This document shows, one piece after another, positions 53,385 through 64,000 of a stretch of DNA of 64,000 bases. The notes beneath the pieces were generated by a model, which was given only the letters and a program-made list of their open reading frames with translations, did not search any database and was not told the DNA's origin. How positions within the stretch are numbered: position 1 is the first letter of the stretch; each line of letters begins with the position of its first letter. Source of the DNA: Camelus ferus (Eukaryota). The translations under genes and the position numbers were made by a program. The stretch spans positions 120,406,001-120,470,000 of the forward strand of contig NC_045696.1 in the NCBI RefSeq assembly GCF_009834535.1. Reading direction: 5' to 3'.

Positions 53385-54213
53385 AGAGATCCAGATTTTT
53401 AAAAGGCTTTTTATTATAACTTCCTTTAAAAAATAAAAAGGTGTATTAGCCTCAGCTTGCTTGAATCAGAATGGATGGAGTACTACAAACTTCTGATTTA
53501 AGAGAGCTGTACCTTTGAGAGTGTTTCAATAATGAGAAGCAATCAATCTGACTGTTAAGATGGTGTGTACCATGAATTTAAGTTTTCTTTTGTTTCTTTG
53601 AATACATACCCCCTTCATTCCCTGCTCATGTCTTGGAGGACTTAAAATTTTTTATTTTAAATATTTGGATATTTTGAAAATGTAAGTCTGTACATCCTGG
53701 CCATCTCTGGTAGTGGAACACCATACAGATTACAGACGACGCATCCATGTTTGCTGTGGTCAAAATGAACCCAAGCCTCCTCAGCATTAGCGTGGAGATT
53801 TAATCCTCCCACTGGTACCTGCCGCACACACAGAACAGGGCATGTAAGCATTTTAAGAGCCCTTTGCATGGGCTTCAACATTGCACAGCCTTACAGCACA
53901 CCAGATTTTGCATTTCATTTAAAGGCTGCAAGAAAATTGTTTGGCTGGATGCTGTCCCAGAGAACTCACCTTCTCATGGACCAGTGGTACTGACCACCAG
54001 CATGGGGACATTTCCAGTGCTTCCTGCTGTTTGGGGCTATTGTGGCCTTACTTAATCCTCACTATTCTATCCAAGTTTTGCTTTTTGTTTCTTTGGTTTT
54101 TTTTTTTTTTTCAATCTGTTTTCTTTTCTTCTTTCTTTTCTTTCTTCTATCTTTTTATTTGAAATTGTAAAAATGCTTTTCATGTTTATAAGATGTTAAT
54201 TATAAATTCTGTC

Positions 54214-54866
54214 TTTTTTTTTTTAATTTTTTAAATTGAGTTTATAGTCATTTTACAACGTTGTGTCAAATTCCAGTGTAGAGCACAATCTTTCAGTTCT
54301 ACATGAACATACATACATTCACTATCACATTTTTCACTGTGAGCTGACACAAGATCTTGTGTATATATATATTTCCCTGTGCTATACAGTATAATCTTAT
54401 TTATCTATTCTACATTTTGAACTCCCAGTCTGTCCCTTCCCACCCCCCGCCCCCTTGGCAACCACAAGTTTATATTCTATGTCTATGAGTCTGTTTCTGT
54501 TTTGTATTTATGTTCTTTTTTTTTTTTCAGATTCCACATATGAGCGATCTCGTATGATATTTTTCTTTCTCTTTCTGGCTTACTTCATTTAGAATGATGA
54601 TCTCCAGGTGCATCCATGTTGCTGCAAATGGCATTATTTTATTCTTTTTTATGGCAGAGTAGTATTCCATTGTGTAAATACACCACATCTTCTTTATCCA
54701 GTCATCCATTGATGGACATTTAGGCTGTTTCCATGTCTTGGCTATTGTAAATAGTGCTGCTATGAACATTGGGATGCAGGTGTCCTTTTGAAGTAGAGTT
54801 CCTTCTGGATATGTGCCCAGGAGCAGGATTCCTGGGTCATATGATAAGTCTATTCTTAGTCTTTTT
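54214..54866 (-). mobile_element. 5'-truncated young L1
   Basis: Minus ORF 54527-54769 ([20 protein letters not shown]) is the ORF2 C-terminus; poly(T) at the left end. Confidence 0.92.
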
Positions 54867-54959
54867 TCTTTTCTTTCTTTTTTTTTTTTTAAAGAGCTGA
54901 TTAAAAAAATTTTTTCCTTCTAGTTTTATTGAAATATAACATACAGCACTGTATATATT

Positions 54960-55087
54960 TTGGGGTAGGTGGAGGAGGGAAATTAGGTTTTTATTTATTT
55001 CTTTATTTTTAGTGGAGGTGCTGGAGATTGAACCAGGACCCCCTGCATGCTAAGCAGGCGCTCTACCACTGAGCTATACTCACCCCC
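54960..55087 (-). mobile_element. tRNA-Ala-derived SINE (Vic-1-like)
   Basis: ...gcatgctaagcaggcgctctaccactgagctatac is the reverse complement of the SINE head. Confidence 0.87.
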
Positions 55088-55589
55088 TCAATCCAGGTGC
55101 TAACTTCCATTCAGTACCATTTTCTCCCCACCTTTGGAGTTTATCCTATGGAACGTCCTAAAACCTCTTCTCCTTTCTCTCTCCTAAAGATAGCACTCAC
55201 TTAAAAAGCTCATAGTGTAGACAGAAAAGAGGTCATACAACAATAAAGATGTTTATTAAAAAAAAAAAAGATGTGCACAGCCTAAAGTCTTGGTTTTGGA
55301 AAGCAAAAATAAAAAGGCATGAAAACAAGTGCCAGTATCTCCTAATACTTAGAAAAAAAGACACAGAACCTGGAAACTTGGAGACACTCTTTGCGTTCAT
55401 AATGCTGAGTTTGGGACGCAGAGGAGCTGAGCTTGGCGATCCATATGTTAGACTCAGACAGATGTGGCCTCTCATCTTACCTGTGGCCCATTGTATCTGT
55501 GGGACCATGAGTCACAGTCTCCTTTATGACTCTCTATTTCCTGATCTGCAAAATAGAAACATTAGTATGACCTGCATCTAGGTTGCTGT

Positions 55590-56574
55590 TGTCGACAAAA
55601 ATAATCAATAAACAATCAATAGTAAGAATACAAAAGAGTTTTGTCTGAGCCAAGCTGAGGTCTGTAACCCCGAGGATGGCCTCTGAGGTGACTCTGAGGC
55701 ACTGCTGGGAGAAGCAGGGTTTCCAGCGGTTTTACATCTTGTCAGAACAGAGAAACATGAGTGAGTCAGGAATACGTTTCTTCAAGATTAAAAAAAAGAA
55801 AAAACAAAGCTGCACATACGCGGTGAGTCAGTGTGGCCTTGGCACCTGGGAGAGGAGTCTTATCATCAAGGGAGGACCAGCATTCACGTCCCAGGAAGAG
55901 AGGAATTTAATCTTTATTTTCAACATGAACATTCTTTACTTCTGGTCAATGTGCCCTTTTATAATTGAAGCCAATGTACAATGTATGTTTGATAGACCAC
56001 GAACAGGCTATTTTTGTTAGCATAAAATTTGTCGACTGAAATAAAAAATGCACAGCCTAAAAGTTGAGAGTAATGTTTTATTTGGTGGACACTTCTGAGG
56101 ACTCGAGCCCAGGATGACAGCCTCTCAGATCGCTCTGAGGCACTGCTCCAGAGAGGTAGGGGAGGAGCCAGGATATATAGGAGCTTTACAACAAACACCA
56201 GGTAGTCAAAACATTAAAAGATGATTTGTTAACTGAAGAAAACCAGACACTTCAAGTTAAAGAATTTAGTGCTTTTCTATATATAGGAGGGGGCAAACAT
56301 TTGGGCTCACTGAATTCATTCCTTTGACAAGTGGCTAGCAATCTAGGGCCAGTGTCCTGTCCTTTCTTGTTCTGAGTCCCCTCAGAGGGCACCACTGTGA
56401 GTGGCTGCAGAGGCTGGGCTACAGGCTTGTCTTCCCTGGTTGGGGTGGGGGGGTGGCAGCGGCTGATGACTTGATGGCTTCAGCATTTTTTGTTTACTGA
56501 TATGGTTTGCAGTATTTTCATTCACAAATTCAAGCAAATTCATGTATAAGCCAGGGTACCTTCCCTATATCTCA
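55590..56574 (-). mobile_element. ERV1-like solo LTR (outer) containing a nested related LTR
   Basis: TGTCGAC start, ...atctCA end, near-TSD CTGT/GTGT, MIR-like sequence on the left flank. Confidence 0.72.
56030..56526 (-). mobile_element. ERV1-like solo LTR (inner), 497 bp, 4-bp TSD AATT
   Basis: TG...CA termini with AATT at 56026-56029 and 56527-56530. Confidence 0.85.
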
Positions 56575-57945
56575 GTGTGTGAAAATGCCTTTCATGACTG
56601 TCAGTATCAAACAGGAGGACAAGGATGAAGATATTAGCATGGAGGATGGCCCACGGTCACATCTCCCCAAATGGTAGAACTTGTTATTCTTACACACTTT
56701 AGGAGGAAATTTGTACAGATAAGTGGGACTTGGTTTTAACTTTGGGCAATCCACTCGGGGACTAAAGTTCCTCTAAAATGAAATATTGGGCTAAAAACAA
56801 CCTCTTAAGGGTCTCTTCCAGCTCACTGATTTCCTCTGAAACAGGATTGATACGTTGACTCAGAGCCCAAAAAGATTGCAACATCCAGGCTTCTTATGAA
56901 GGAACAGAACAGAGTCCCAAATTCCAGAATGTCAGAGGGATGATGGAGCAGGTGAGGAAATGGGGATGGAATTTTTCATGGCCAGCATCCCGTTTCTGAA
57001 AGTGTGCAATATTACTCAACAGGAGCCTTACAAGGGACGAGGCAGCTGTATCTCTCAAGTATATGTTTGGGTAAGAATTAAGCCAGAAACAGAGATACTG
57101 GTTTATTCATATAGATCCATTTATTTTTCATTCCAGGGATTGAATGAGTGAATGGATGAGCCCAACCTGCTTAATGAAAATATTTATTATCAATATCATC
57201 AGCCTATTTTATCCCGTGAGATGGATAATTCAATGTGGCTGAAAATGCTTCAGGTCAAACTAGGATTGGGAAAGTTGCTTCGTGCAGTTTTAGGTAGTTG
57301 GAAGCCAAGGGATTCAAACTGAGTCATTCCAAGGAACAAGGCATTGTATGGAAGATGAAGGGTGGCTGCTTATTTTTTATGCCTTCTCTCAAATTTAGGA
57401 ATAAAGGGAAATGTGAACTTCATCCTCATGCAGGAAAAGGAGAAAACAGAATTCGGACCGCATCTCAAAATATTTCTCAGATAGGAAACACACCCACGTA
57501 TTCATGATGGAGAAATTACAGACCAGGTCTTCCACTGTGTCCTGGCTGTGAACTCTGAATTGTCTTGGCAGTGAGTGGGCAGAGGGTGACATTAGGATAC
57601 AGGGAAAAGGATGACTAGGAGCACGTAATCTTGGTAGAACCAAAATGCATCTGGTGGCTGCCACTGACAATCCAAAATCTCATGTTTCTGCAGGGTCTGC
57701 AGTCCACGAGCAACTTGAGTGAGTCTGTAAATGCTAGTGGTTCATTTTTCTCTAAGGCCCTTCACAGATCCAAACGGTCAGGGAACCTCAGGAATTCCTT
57801 GTTTCCTATTGCATTCAATTGATTATATAATTTCGTGTGCTCTTACATGTGTGAGACTTGATTTCCAGATAATACCCACAACAATTTTCGATGTTTATAT
57901 TTTTGCCTTTTCAGATTTCCAGTTGGCGACGTTTCAGGTTATAAT

Positions 57946-58012
57946 ATGAAAATGCTGCTGATTTTGTTCCTCGTGATCGTATGTTCCCATGTTTCCATCA
58001 ACCAACATTCTG
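57946..58012 (+). CDS. COL6A6: COL6A6 first coding exon (signal peptide MKMLLILFLVIVCSHVSINQHS-G); exon probably starts at 57915
   Basis: Hydrophobic signal peptide matching the human COL6A6 N-terminus as recalled (MMLLILFLVIICSHISVNQDSG). Acceptor ttttgccttttcAG ends at 57914, donor GTAAG at 58013. Phase 1, joining the next exon as G|GC CCT GAG TAC (GPEY). Too short for the ORF track. Confidence 0.93.
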
Positions 58013-60286
58013 GTAAGGAAAAAAAAAACCTTAAAAAAATTATTTCATTTTCATGATGGAAAATAGATAATCTCTGAGTTTGACTTGCTTAAAAGTTAGG
58101 AGTTCTGTTTTGCTTTGTTTTGATTTTGTCGATGTTTAGGATGGGAGCAGCAGTTCAGTTTCTTTCAGTGTCACCCCGTGTTCCTTTAAAGATCATTTGT
58201 TTCTGGACCTTACTCCTTGTTAATAATAGGGAGAGATGAGAGGTGGTTTTTTGTCCTCAGTTTCAACTCCTTTGAGGTCTTCTGGGAGGTTGCAAGAAAA
58301 TTATCTCAATATTAGTTTCAAGCCTGGAAAAACTGAACTGTCCCTTTCTCATTCATTTGTGCCAAAACATTGCCTTCGTTAAGCATCCAGATTTTCCTCT
58401 GGTTGAAACTATGTGTCTGCTAATTGTAAAGAAAGTGCTTTGACCCTGAAGAGAGGGCACCATAGCTGTCTACTGCCTGTCATCCATCTGTGTCCCGTGG
58501 ACTTGACGTCACGATCGTGGCCTCACCCTCACTGCTGCCACCAGGGTAAGAGTCGGTTCTTACACTGGTTACTTCATGTCCAAGGCCACCTAGATAGCCC
58601 TTTCCAGTATTCTCCAGGACTCTGACCTTGGAAGCAAGAGATGAACTCGACTTTACCCTGCAGACATCTTCCTTTGATGTCTCACTAGGCCTGATGTTAA
58701 GCTTTTTAAAGAGAGAATGCTTTTCCCTCAATGGTTTCCTGGTTCAGATATGGCACTGGGCCTGATCAGAACCTGTATCTGCCTCGCGGGGCCGTGGCCA
58801 CACTTCTTTTCTCCACACAAGATGTGGAGGTCTGTCCATGAATAGAAGGGTCACTTGAGGTCGCAAGTCAAGCCATCATGGGTGGGGCTCACCTGGCAGA
58901 CCTCAGAGGGGTTCCAGCCTTCTCTTGGCGAAAGATGTGAATTCCTCCACGCTGAGTTTCCCCCCTGAGATGCTGCCGGCTATCTGATCATCAAAGGAAT
59001 CTCAAAGTAGTTGAAATGAGGTCATGTAGAAGAAAAGAATGACTGTATCCACTTTGCCTCGATCAGACTGCTATAAAGAGAATGAAATAACACAGGGGTG
59101 TCAAAGCTGGTTTGCTAGTAGCTGTAGACCAGAAGAGACTGAAGTTCTTTTAGTGGAATTAGAATTTATCTAATAACCATTGTAGATAATCAGAATCTCA
59201 GAGTAAGAAGGAACCTTAGATATTTGCTAGTTGAATCTACTCATTTTAAAAGTGAGGAAACTGAGGCCCAAGTGTATTGAATGGCTTGACAGAGCTGGAA
59301 GAATTCGCTGATAACCAAATTAAGACTCCCACTACTTGTTAATTTACACTGTGTTTTCTTAAATGTATAGTATCCAGACACACACGAGTACTTCCCTCCC
59401 TTTCCTGGACAAGAAATGGATCTGATGATGAAAGCTCTAAATTCAAACCAGGAGACTGACCACCAGCTAATGACATTTTGTGCTCGAACCGAATGATTCT
59501 GTTACATAAAAGTATGTCCCTAGCCTTGAATCTGGCATCGAATGAAGCCTTCAGAGTGTGGCCAAGTACTGTATTCCTACATAAAACTTCCATTTTTAAC
59601 AGCAACTTAAACCATAATCCCTTTCCTGGCTGAAGGTATCCTGTTTTCTATTACATTTTACATATGTGGGAATCAGTTCACCAATTATAATACTCATGTC
59701 TCATCAAAAAATATTGTACGTGGCTTTAAAATAGATTAGGGCAACCCTGTATTTATGATTTTTAGGGTTTTATAAACTGTCATCAATTTGGCTCTTTGGA
59801 ATACAAAGCTAATATGTTTATAAATCAACCAGGTCACTTGTTGCTCTCTTGAATGGCGATCACAGCTGAAAGGCTGTTTTTCAGATTTCCCGGTTCAAAA
59901 ACCTTGATGTGATTCTCAATTAAAATTTGTAGCCCCTTGATACAGATTGAGGTCAAACTCTGAAAGAAAAAAGAAACAAGGGGAGATTATGCACTAAAGG
60001 TATAAAAACACTTTTTTTTTTTTACTTCTCTATATTCACCTCTTTGTAACTAATTTCTCACAAGAGTGACAGTTAATTTCGTGATCGGTTCAGGTAGGAG
60101 AGCGTGGGGAAAACATGAGCCCGAGAATCAAGTGTTTATTTTTCTCGAGAGAATACGCCTTATTTTCAGCCCCTTGGGAGCTACTACAAACACAAGTGAA
60201 AGTCTGTTCTCTCCCATCGGTTGGCATTAAACGTGGCAGGACTTTTTCACAGTTAGTTCTGTTTCTGCTGGTCTGTGGGTTTGCAG

Positions 60287-60874
60287 GCCCTGAGTACGCC
60301 GACGTGCTGTTCCTGGTGGACAGCTCCGACCACCTGGGAGTGAAGTCCTTCCCGCCGGTGAAGACGTTCATCAGCAGGATGGTCAGCAGCCTCCCCATAG
60401 AGGCGGACAAGTACCGCGTGGGGCTGGCCCAGTACAGCGATGAGCTCCACGCTGAGTTCCAGCTCAGCGCCTTCAGGAGCCGGGGCGCCATGCTCAACCA
60501 CCTCAAGAAGAACTTCGGGTTCCTGGGCGGCTCCCCGCGCCTGGGAAACGCTCTCCGGGAGGCGCACAGGACCTACTTCTCAAACGGAAGGGACAGGAAG
60601 CAGTTTCCCCCGATCCTGGTGGTCCTGGCTTCGGCCGAGCCTGAGGATGCCGTGGAAGAGGCCGCCGAGGCCCTGCGCAAAGACGGGGTGCGGATCGTCT
60701 CCGTGGGGACGCAGAGTGTGTCCGAGGAGACCCTGAAGGCCGTGGCCACGGCCCAGTTCCACTACCGCCTCCGCACGGTCCGAGACCTTGGCGCGTTCTC
60801 CCTGAACATGACGCAGATCCTCAAGGAGGCGGCTCAGTCCACGGAGGGAGCTGTCAACGACATCCTTGTGGAAG
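60287..60874 (+). CDS. COL6A6: COL6A6 coding exon, first N-terminal VWA domain (GPEYADVLFLVDSS...NDILVE), 588 nt
   Basis: Lies within ORF 60115-60897. VWA signature DVLFLVDSS ... RVGLAQYSD ... ILVVLAS. Acceptor tttgcAG ends at 60286, donor GTAGGT at 60875. Length is a multiple of 3, phase 1-1. Confidence 0.96.
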
Positions 60875-61493
60875 GTAGGTCTGGGGTGCGTGTGTAGGGA
60901 TGAGCATGATCAGATGCTTCAGGAAGATGCGTGTGCATATCCGTTCCCCAAAAGCGGAGCTGCGTGTTTGGATGTTAAATGTTGGCGAGGACCCATTTAA
61001 AACCCAGTGACCTGGTCAGTCTTGGTTTCCTGTGTTTCACTAACCATGTTGCCCGTCATTCACAGGCTCCTTCAAATTCAGGGACGCCTCCTCCCTGCCC
61101 CCAGCTATCAGAGCTGTTTCCCTGCCCTTCAGTTACCGCGTGGTTTTATTTCTGGTTCATTTAAAAGGTGAATTTGCTCCTAAAGGAATACTTGACTCCT
61201 AAAGCCACAGAATGTCACCACAGAGTGTCAGAGCTCGAAACAACAAGAAACGGGCAGTTCAAATGCCTGTTCTGCAGAGAGGAACCTGCAGGCAGGTGCT
61301 CTTAGAGGTGATGTGACTCTGCCCGGGGCCAGGCTGCAGTCCAGAGTCGGGGCTCTGCCTGTGTCCTGTCAGCCCCACACTGCCTGCTTCCTGCAGCTCT
61401 GCTCTAACTGAGCTTCCCTGTGTTCTGCTCCACCCCCACCTGCTGTCCTGGTGGGTCCTCTTGTACTATTCTCTTAACAGGAACAGCCAAGAC

Positions 61494-61634
61494 GGGGGGA
61501 GGGTATGGCTCAGGGGTATGGCATGTGCTTAGTATGCGCGAGGTCCTGGGTTCAATACCCAGCACCTCCATTAAAAATAATAATAAATAATAAACCTAAT
61601 TACCCCAAAAAAAAATCTTAAAAAAAAAAGAAAA
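61494..61634 (+). mobile_element. tRNA-Ala-derived SINE (Vic-1-like)
   Basis: SINE head, (TAA)n linker, aacctaattacccc block, A tail. gaa..gccaaga on both sides. Confidence 0.87.
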
Positions 61635-61909
61635 AGAATGGCCAAGAGTTTATGAACATCATTCAAGAGAGAGGAAGGAGAGAGCCAATAAAAAACACAA
61701 TTTGCTCCAAGTGTACAAGGCCAAAGAAGTGACGTAGGAAACTCACGTTAAGTCAGTTTGAATTAAATAACGTATTTAATTATCCCCAACAGAGAACAGT
61801 TTGCTTGTGGGGCTCTCTGAAAATATGGATCCTATTATGAGCCTATGTCCAAAGAAAATATTGGAACGTCAGTTGCTGTTCCATGACCATCCCTTAAGAA
61901 TGTTTGGAC

Positions 61910-62058
61910 TATATGGGAGGGGAGGGTACAGCTCAAGTGGTAGAGCGCTTGCTTAGCATGCACGAGGCCCTGAGTTCAATCCCCAGTGCCTCCTCTAGAA
62001 ATAAATAAACCTAGTTACCTCTCCCTCCTGCCAAAATTAAAAAAAGTGATTAAAAAAA
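61910..62058 (+). mobile_element. tRNA-Ala-derived SINE (Vic-1-like), 14-bp TSD
   Basis: AAGAATGTTTGGAC at 61896-61909 and 62059-62072. A and B boxes are recognisable. Confidence 0.92.
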
Positions 62059-62812
62059 AAGAATGTTTGGACGATAACTGATGATTTTAATAGTGATTTT
62101 AATACAGTAACCGTGGCTTCTGTTTGTGGAGGGGCTTTTTTGTGCCAAATCCCACATGAAGCACATTGTCTCATTTAATCCCCATGACAAATGACAGCTC
62201 TGTGAGATCAATATCATTGTTAACTATATTTACAGATGGAGAAATTGAAGCTGGGAGTTTAGCTAGGATCCAGTATTTGAACCCAGGACCTGCTGATCTC
62301 AGCTTTGTTTTCATCTGATACACTTACTTCCTTGTTTAAGGGCATAGCCAAGCTCTAGTCGAATTCTCTGTGCCTTTTTTTTTTTTCATTCTAATTCTGA
62401 GCTCAGATCGAGTGCAGAAAGCTTCATAGTTATGAAGGTCAGTGGTAAACCCTTTTCATCATTGCTCAGAACTGATGAGCCTTTCATACACACACACCCC
62501 CGACCATTCTCAGTCACCTGTCAACAAGTTCTCAGTTATCCGCTGCCACCTTTACTTACATGCGTACACCCACACCCCTGCCGCAGACAGAACCCCTTCT
62601 TGTTTTAAATGTCTTTGTCCTTTGGCTTTTCAGAACCACAGATATCATGCATCAGGCAGGCTAGAAGGTCTTCTGATGCTCACATGTGACTGTTTCCATC
62701 ACAGATCCACTTTAATCAGAGCAGATCTCAGCGAAGCTCTGTGCCTCCGAAAGCTGAGCGGAGACACTGCCCCTCCTGCTGAAACTGCATGTTTGCTCCT
62801 TCTTGCCCGCAG

Positions 62813-63433
62813 TGTGCCAAGGCCCCTCCGTCGCTGACGTCGTGTTCCTGTTGGATGTGTCCGTCAACGGCAGCTGGGAGGACTTTGACTATCTTCGAGA
62901 GTTCCTGGAGGAAAGTGTGTCTGCGCTGGACGTCAGGGAGCACTGCATGCGGGTCAGCCTGGTGGCCTACAGCAACGAGACCAAGGTGATCAACCCCCTG
63001 AGCCGGGGCGTCAACAAGTCGGTGGTGCTCCGGGACATCCAGAGCCTCTCTCCCCAGGCTGGGAAGGCCTACACTGGAGCCGCCTTGAGAAAGGTCCGGA
63101 AGGAGGTCTTTAGCGCACAGAACGGCAGTCGGAAGAATCAGGGGGTCCCGCAGATCGCCGTGCTGGTGACCCACCACCCATCAGAGGACAACGTGACCAA
63201 GGCGGCCGCGAGCCTCCGGCGCCAGGGGGTGACCATCTTCACCATGGGCATCGAGGGGGCCAGTGATGCCCAGCTGGAGAAGATAGCATCTCACCCTGCT
63301 GAGCAATACGTCTCCAAACTGAAAACCTTCTCCGACCTGGCAGCCCACAACCAGACCTTCCTGAAGAAGCTGCGGAACCAGATCACACACACTGTCTCTG
63401 TGGTCTCGGAGCGGACGGCAACCCTCAAATCCG
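62813..63433 (+). CDS. COL6A6: COL6A6 coding exon, second VWA domain (VCQGPSVADVVFLLDVS...TLKS-G), 621 nt; gene continues beyond the window
   Basis: Lies within ORF 62803-63450. VWA motifs DVVFLLDVS and GSRKNQGVPQIAVLVT. Acceptor cttgcccgcAG ends at 62812, donor GTAAAG at 63434. Phase 1-1. Confidence 0.96.
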
Positions 63434-63484
63434 GTAAAGCCTTTTGCTGAGAAGGATTCTTCCCAGCCTTTCTCTCTCTCTCTC

Positions 63485-64000
63485 TTTTTTACCCCTTTAT
63501 TGTGATTCGGTTCCTGCACAGTAAACTACACACATTTCAGATGTACAACTTGGTGAATTTTGATAGATGTAGACACCCATGCAACCACCAGCACAATCAA
63601 GACAGCTAACATTTCCATCACTCCCCAAGGGGTGCAAATTTTCCAATTCCCAATTTATCCCTTCCCACTCCCTTTACCTCTTGGTAACCATAAGATTGTT
63701 CTTTCTGTGAGTCTGTTTCTGTTCTGTAGATAAGTTAATTTGTGTCCTCTTTTTTTTTTTTTTAATTTTTTTTAATTGAGTTGTAATCCTTTTACAATGT
63801 TGTGTCAAATTCCAGTGTAGAGCACAATTTTTCAGTTATACATGAACGTACATATATTCATTGTCACATTTTATTTTCACTGTGAGCTACAAGATCTTGT
63901 ATATATTTCCCTGTGCTACACAGTATAATCTTGTTTATTCTGCATATGCCTGTCAGTATCTACAAATTTTGAAATCCCAGTCTGTCCCTTCCCACCCCCA
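63485..64000 (-). mobile_element. L1 3' end with variant terminus, followed by a second young L1 3' end (from ~63750)
   Basis: 63490-63745 is homologous to 4848-5110. 63750-64000 is homologous to 54214-54450. Confidence 0.85.

Noticed and set aside
60115..60286. N-terminal extension of the 260-aa ORF (MSPRIKCL...LLVCGFA), which looks like a signal peptide
   Set aside because: It is intronic read-through of the polypyrimidine tract. The real signal peptide is on the exon at 57946-58012.
61921..61994. Possible real tRNA-Ala(AGC) gene
   Set aside because: It continues into the SINE linker and A tail, is flanked by a 14-bp TSD and has stem mismatches, so it is a SINE.
62728..63519. Antisense ORFs (149 and 112 aa) over the second VWA exon, and similar ones over the first
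   Set aside because: Shadow ORFs caused by GC-rich codon usage on the coding strand.

Overview
Mammalian genomic DNA, most likely camelid (camel, alpaca or vicuna), inferred from many tRNA-Ala-derived SINEs that resemble the camelid Vic-1 family. It is not microbial. The window holds the 5' end of COL6A6 (collagen VI alpha-6) on the + strand: a CpG-island promoter with GC boxes and a TATA-like element (~12.3-12.4 kb), a probable non-coding exon 1 (donor after 12623), a ~45 kb intron packed with transposons, the signal-peptide exon (CDS 57946-58012) and two von Willebrand A domain exons (60287-60874, 62813-63433). All three coding exons join in frame through phase-1 introns. The rest is mostly L1 fragments (nearly all antisense to the gene), SINEs, solo LTRs, L2/MIR and DNA transposons. 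Almost every other ORF in the track is spurious or a decayed L1 piece. I found no convincing new biological system. The best oddities are retrotransposition events: multi-layer nesting, ultra-short inverted L1 inserts, a tailless tRNA-like retrocopy and a chimeric L1 3' end seen twice. A perfect 114-bp tandem duplication, a 5'UTR tandem repeat and a short deletion in a CpG-rich COL6A6 exon are also notable. Repeat family names and human comparisons come from memory, not from a database search.
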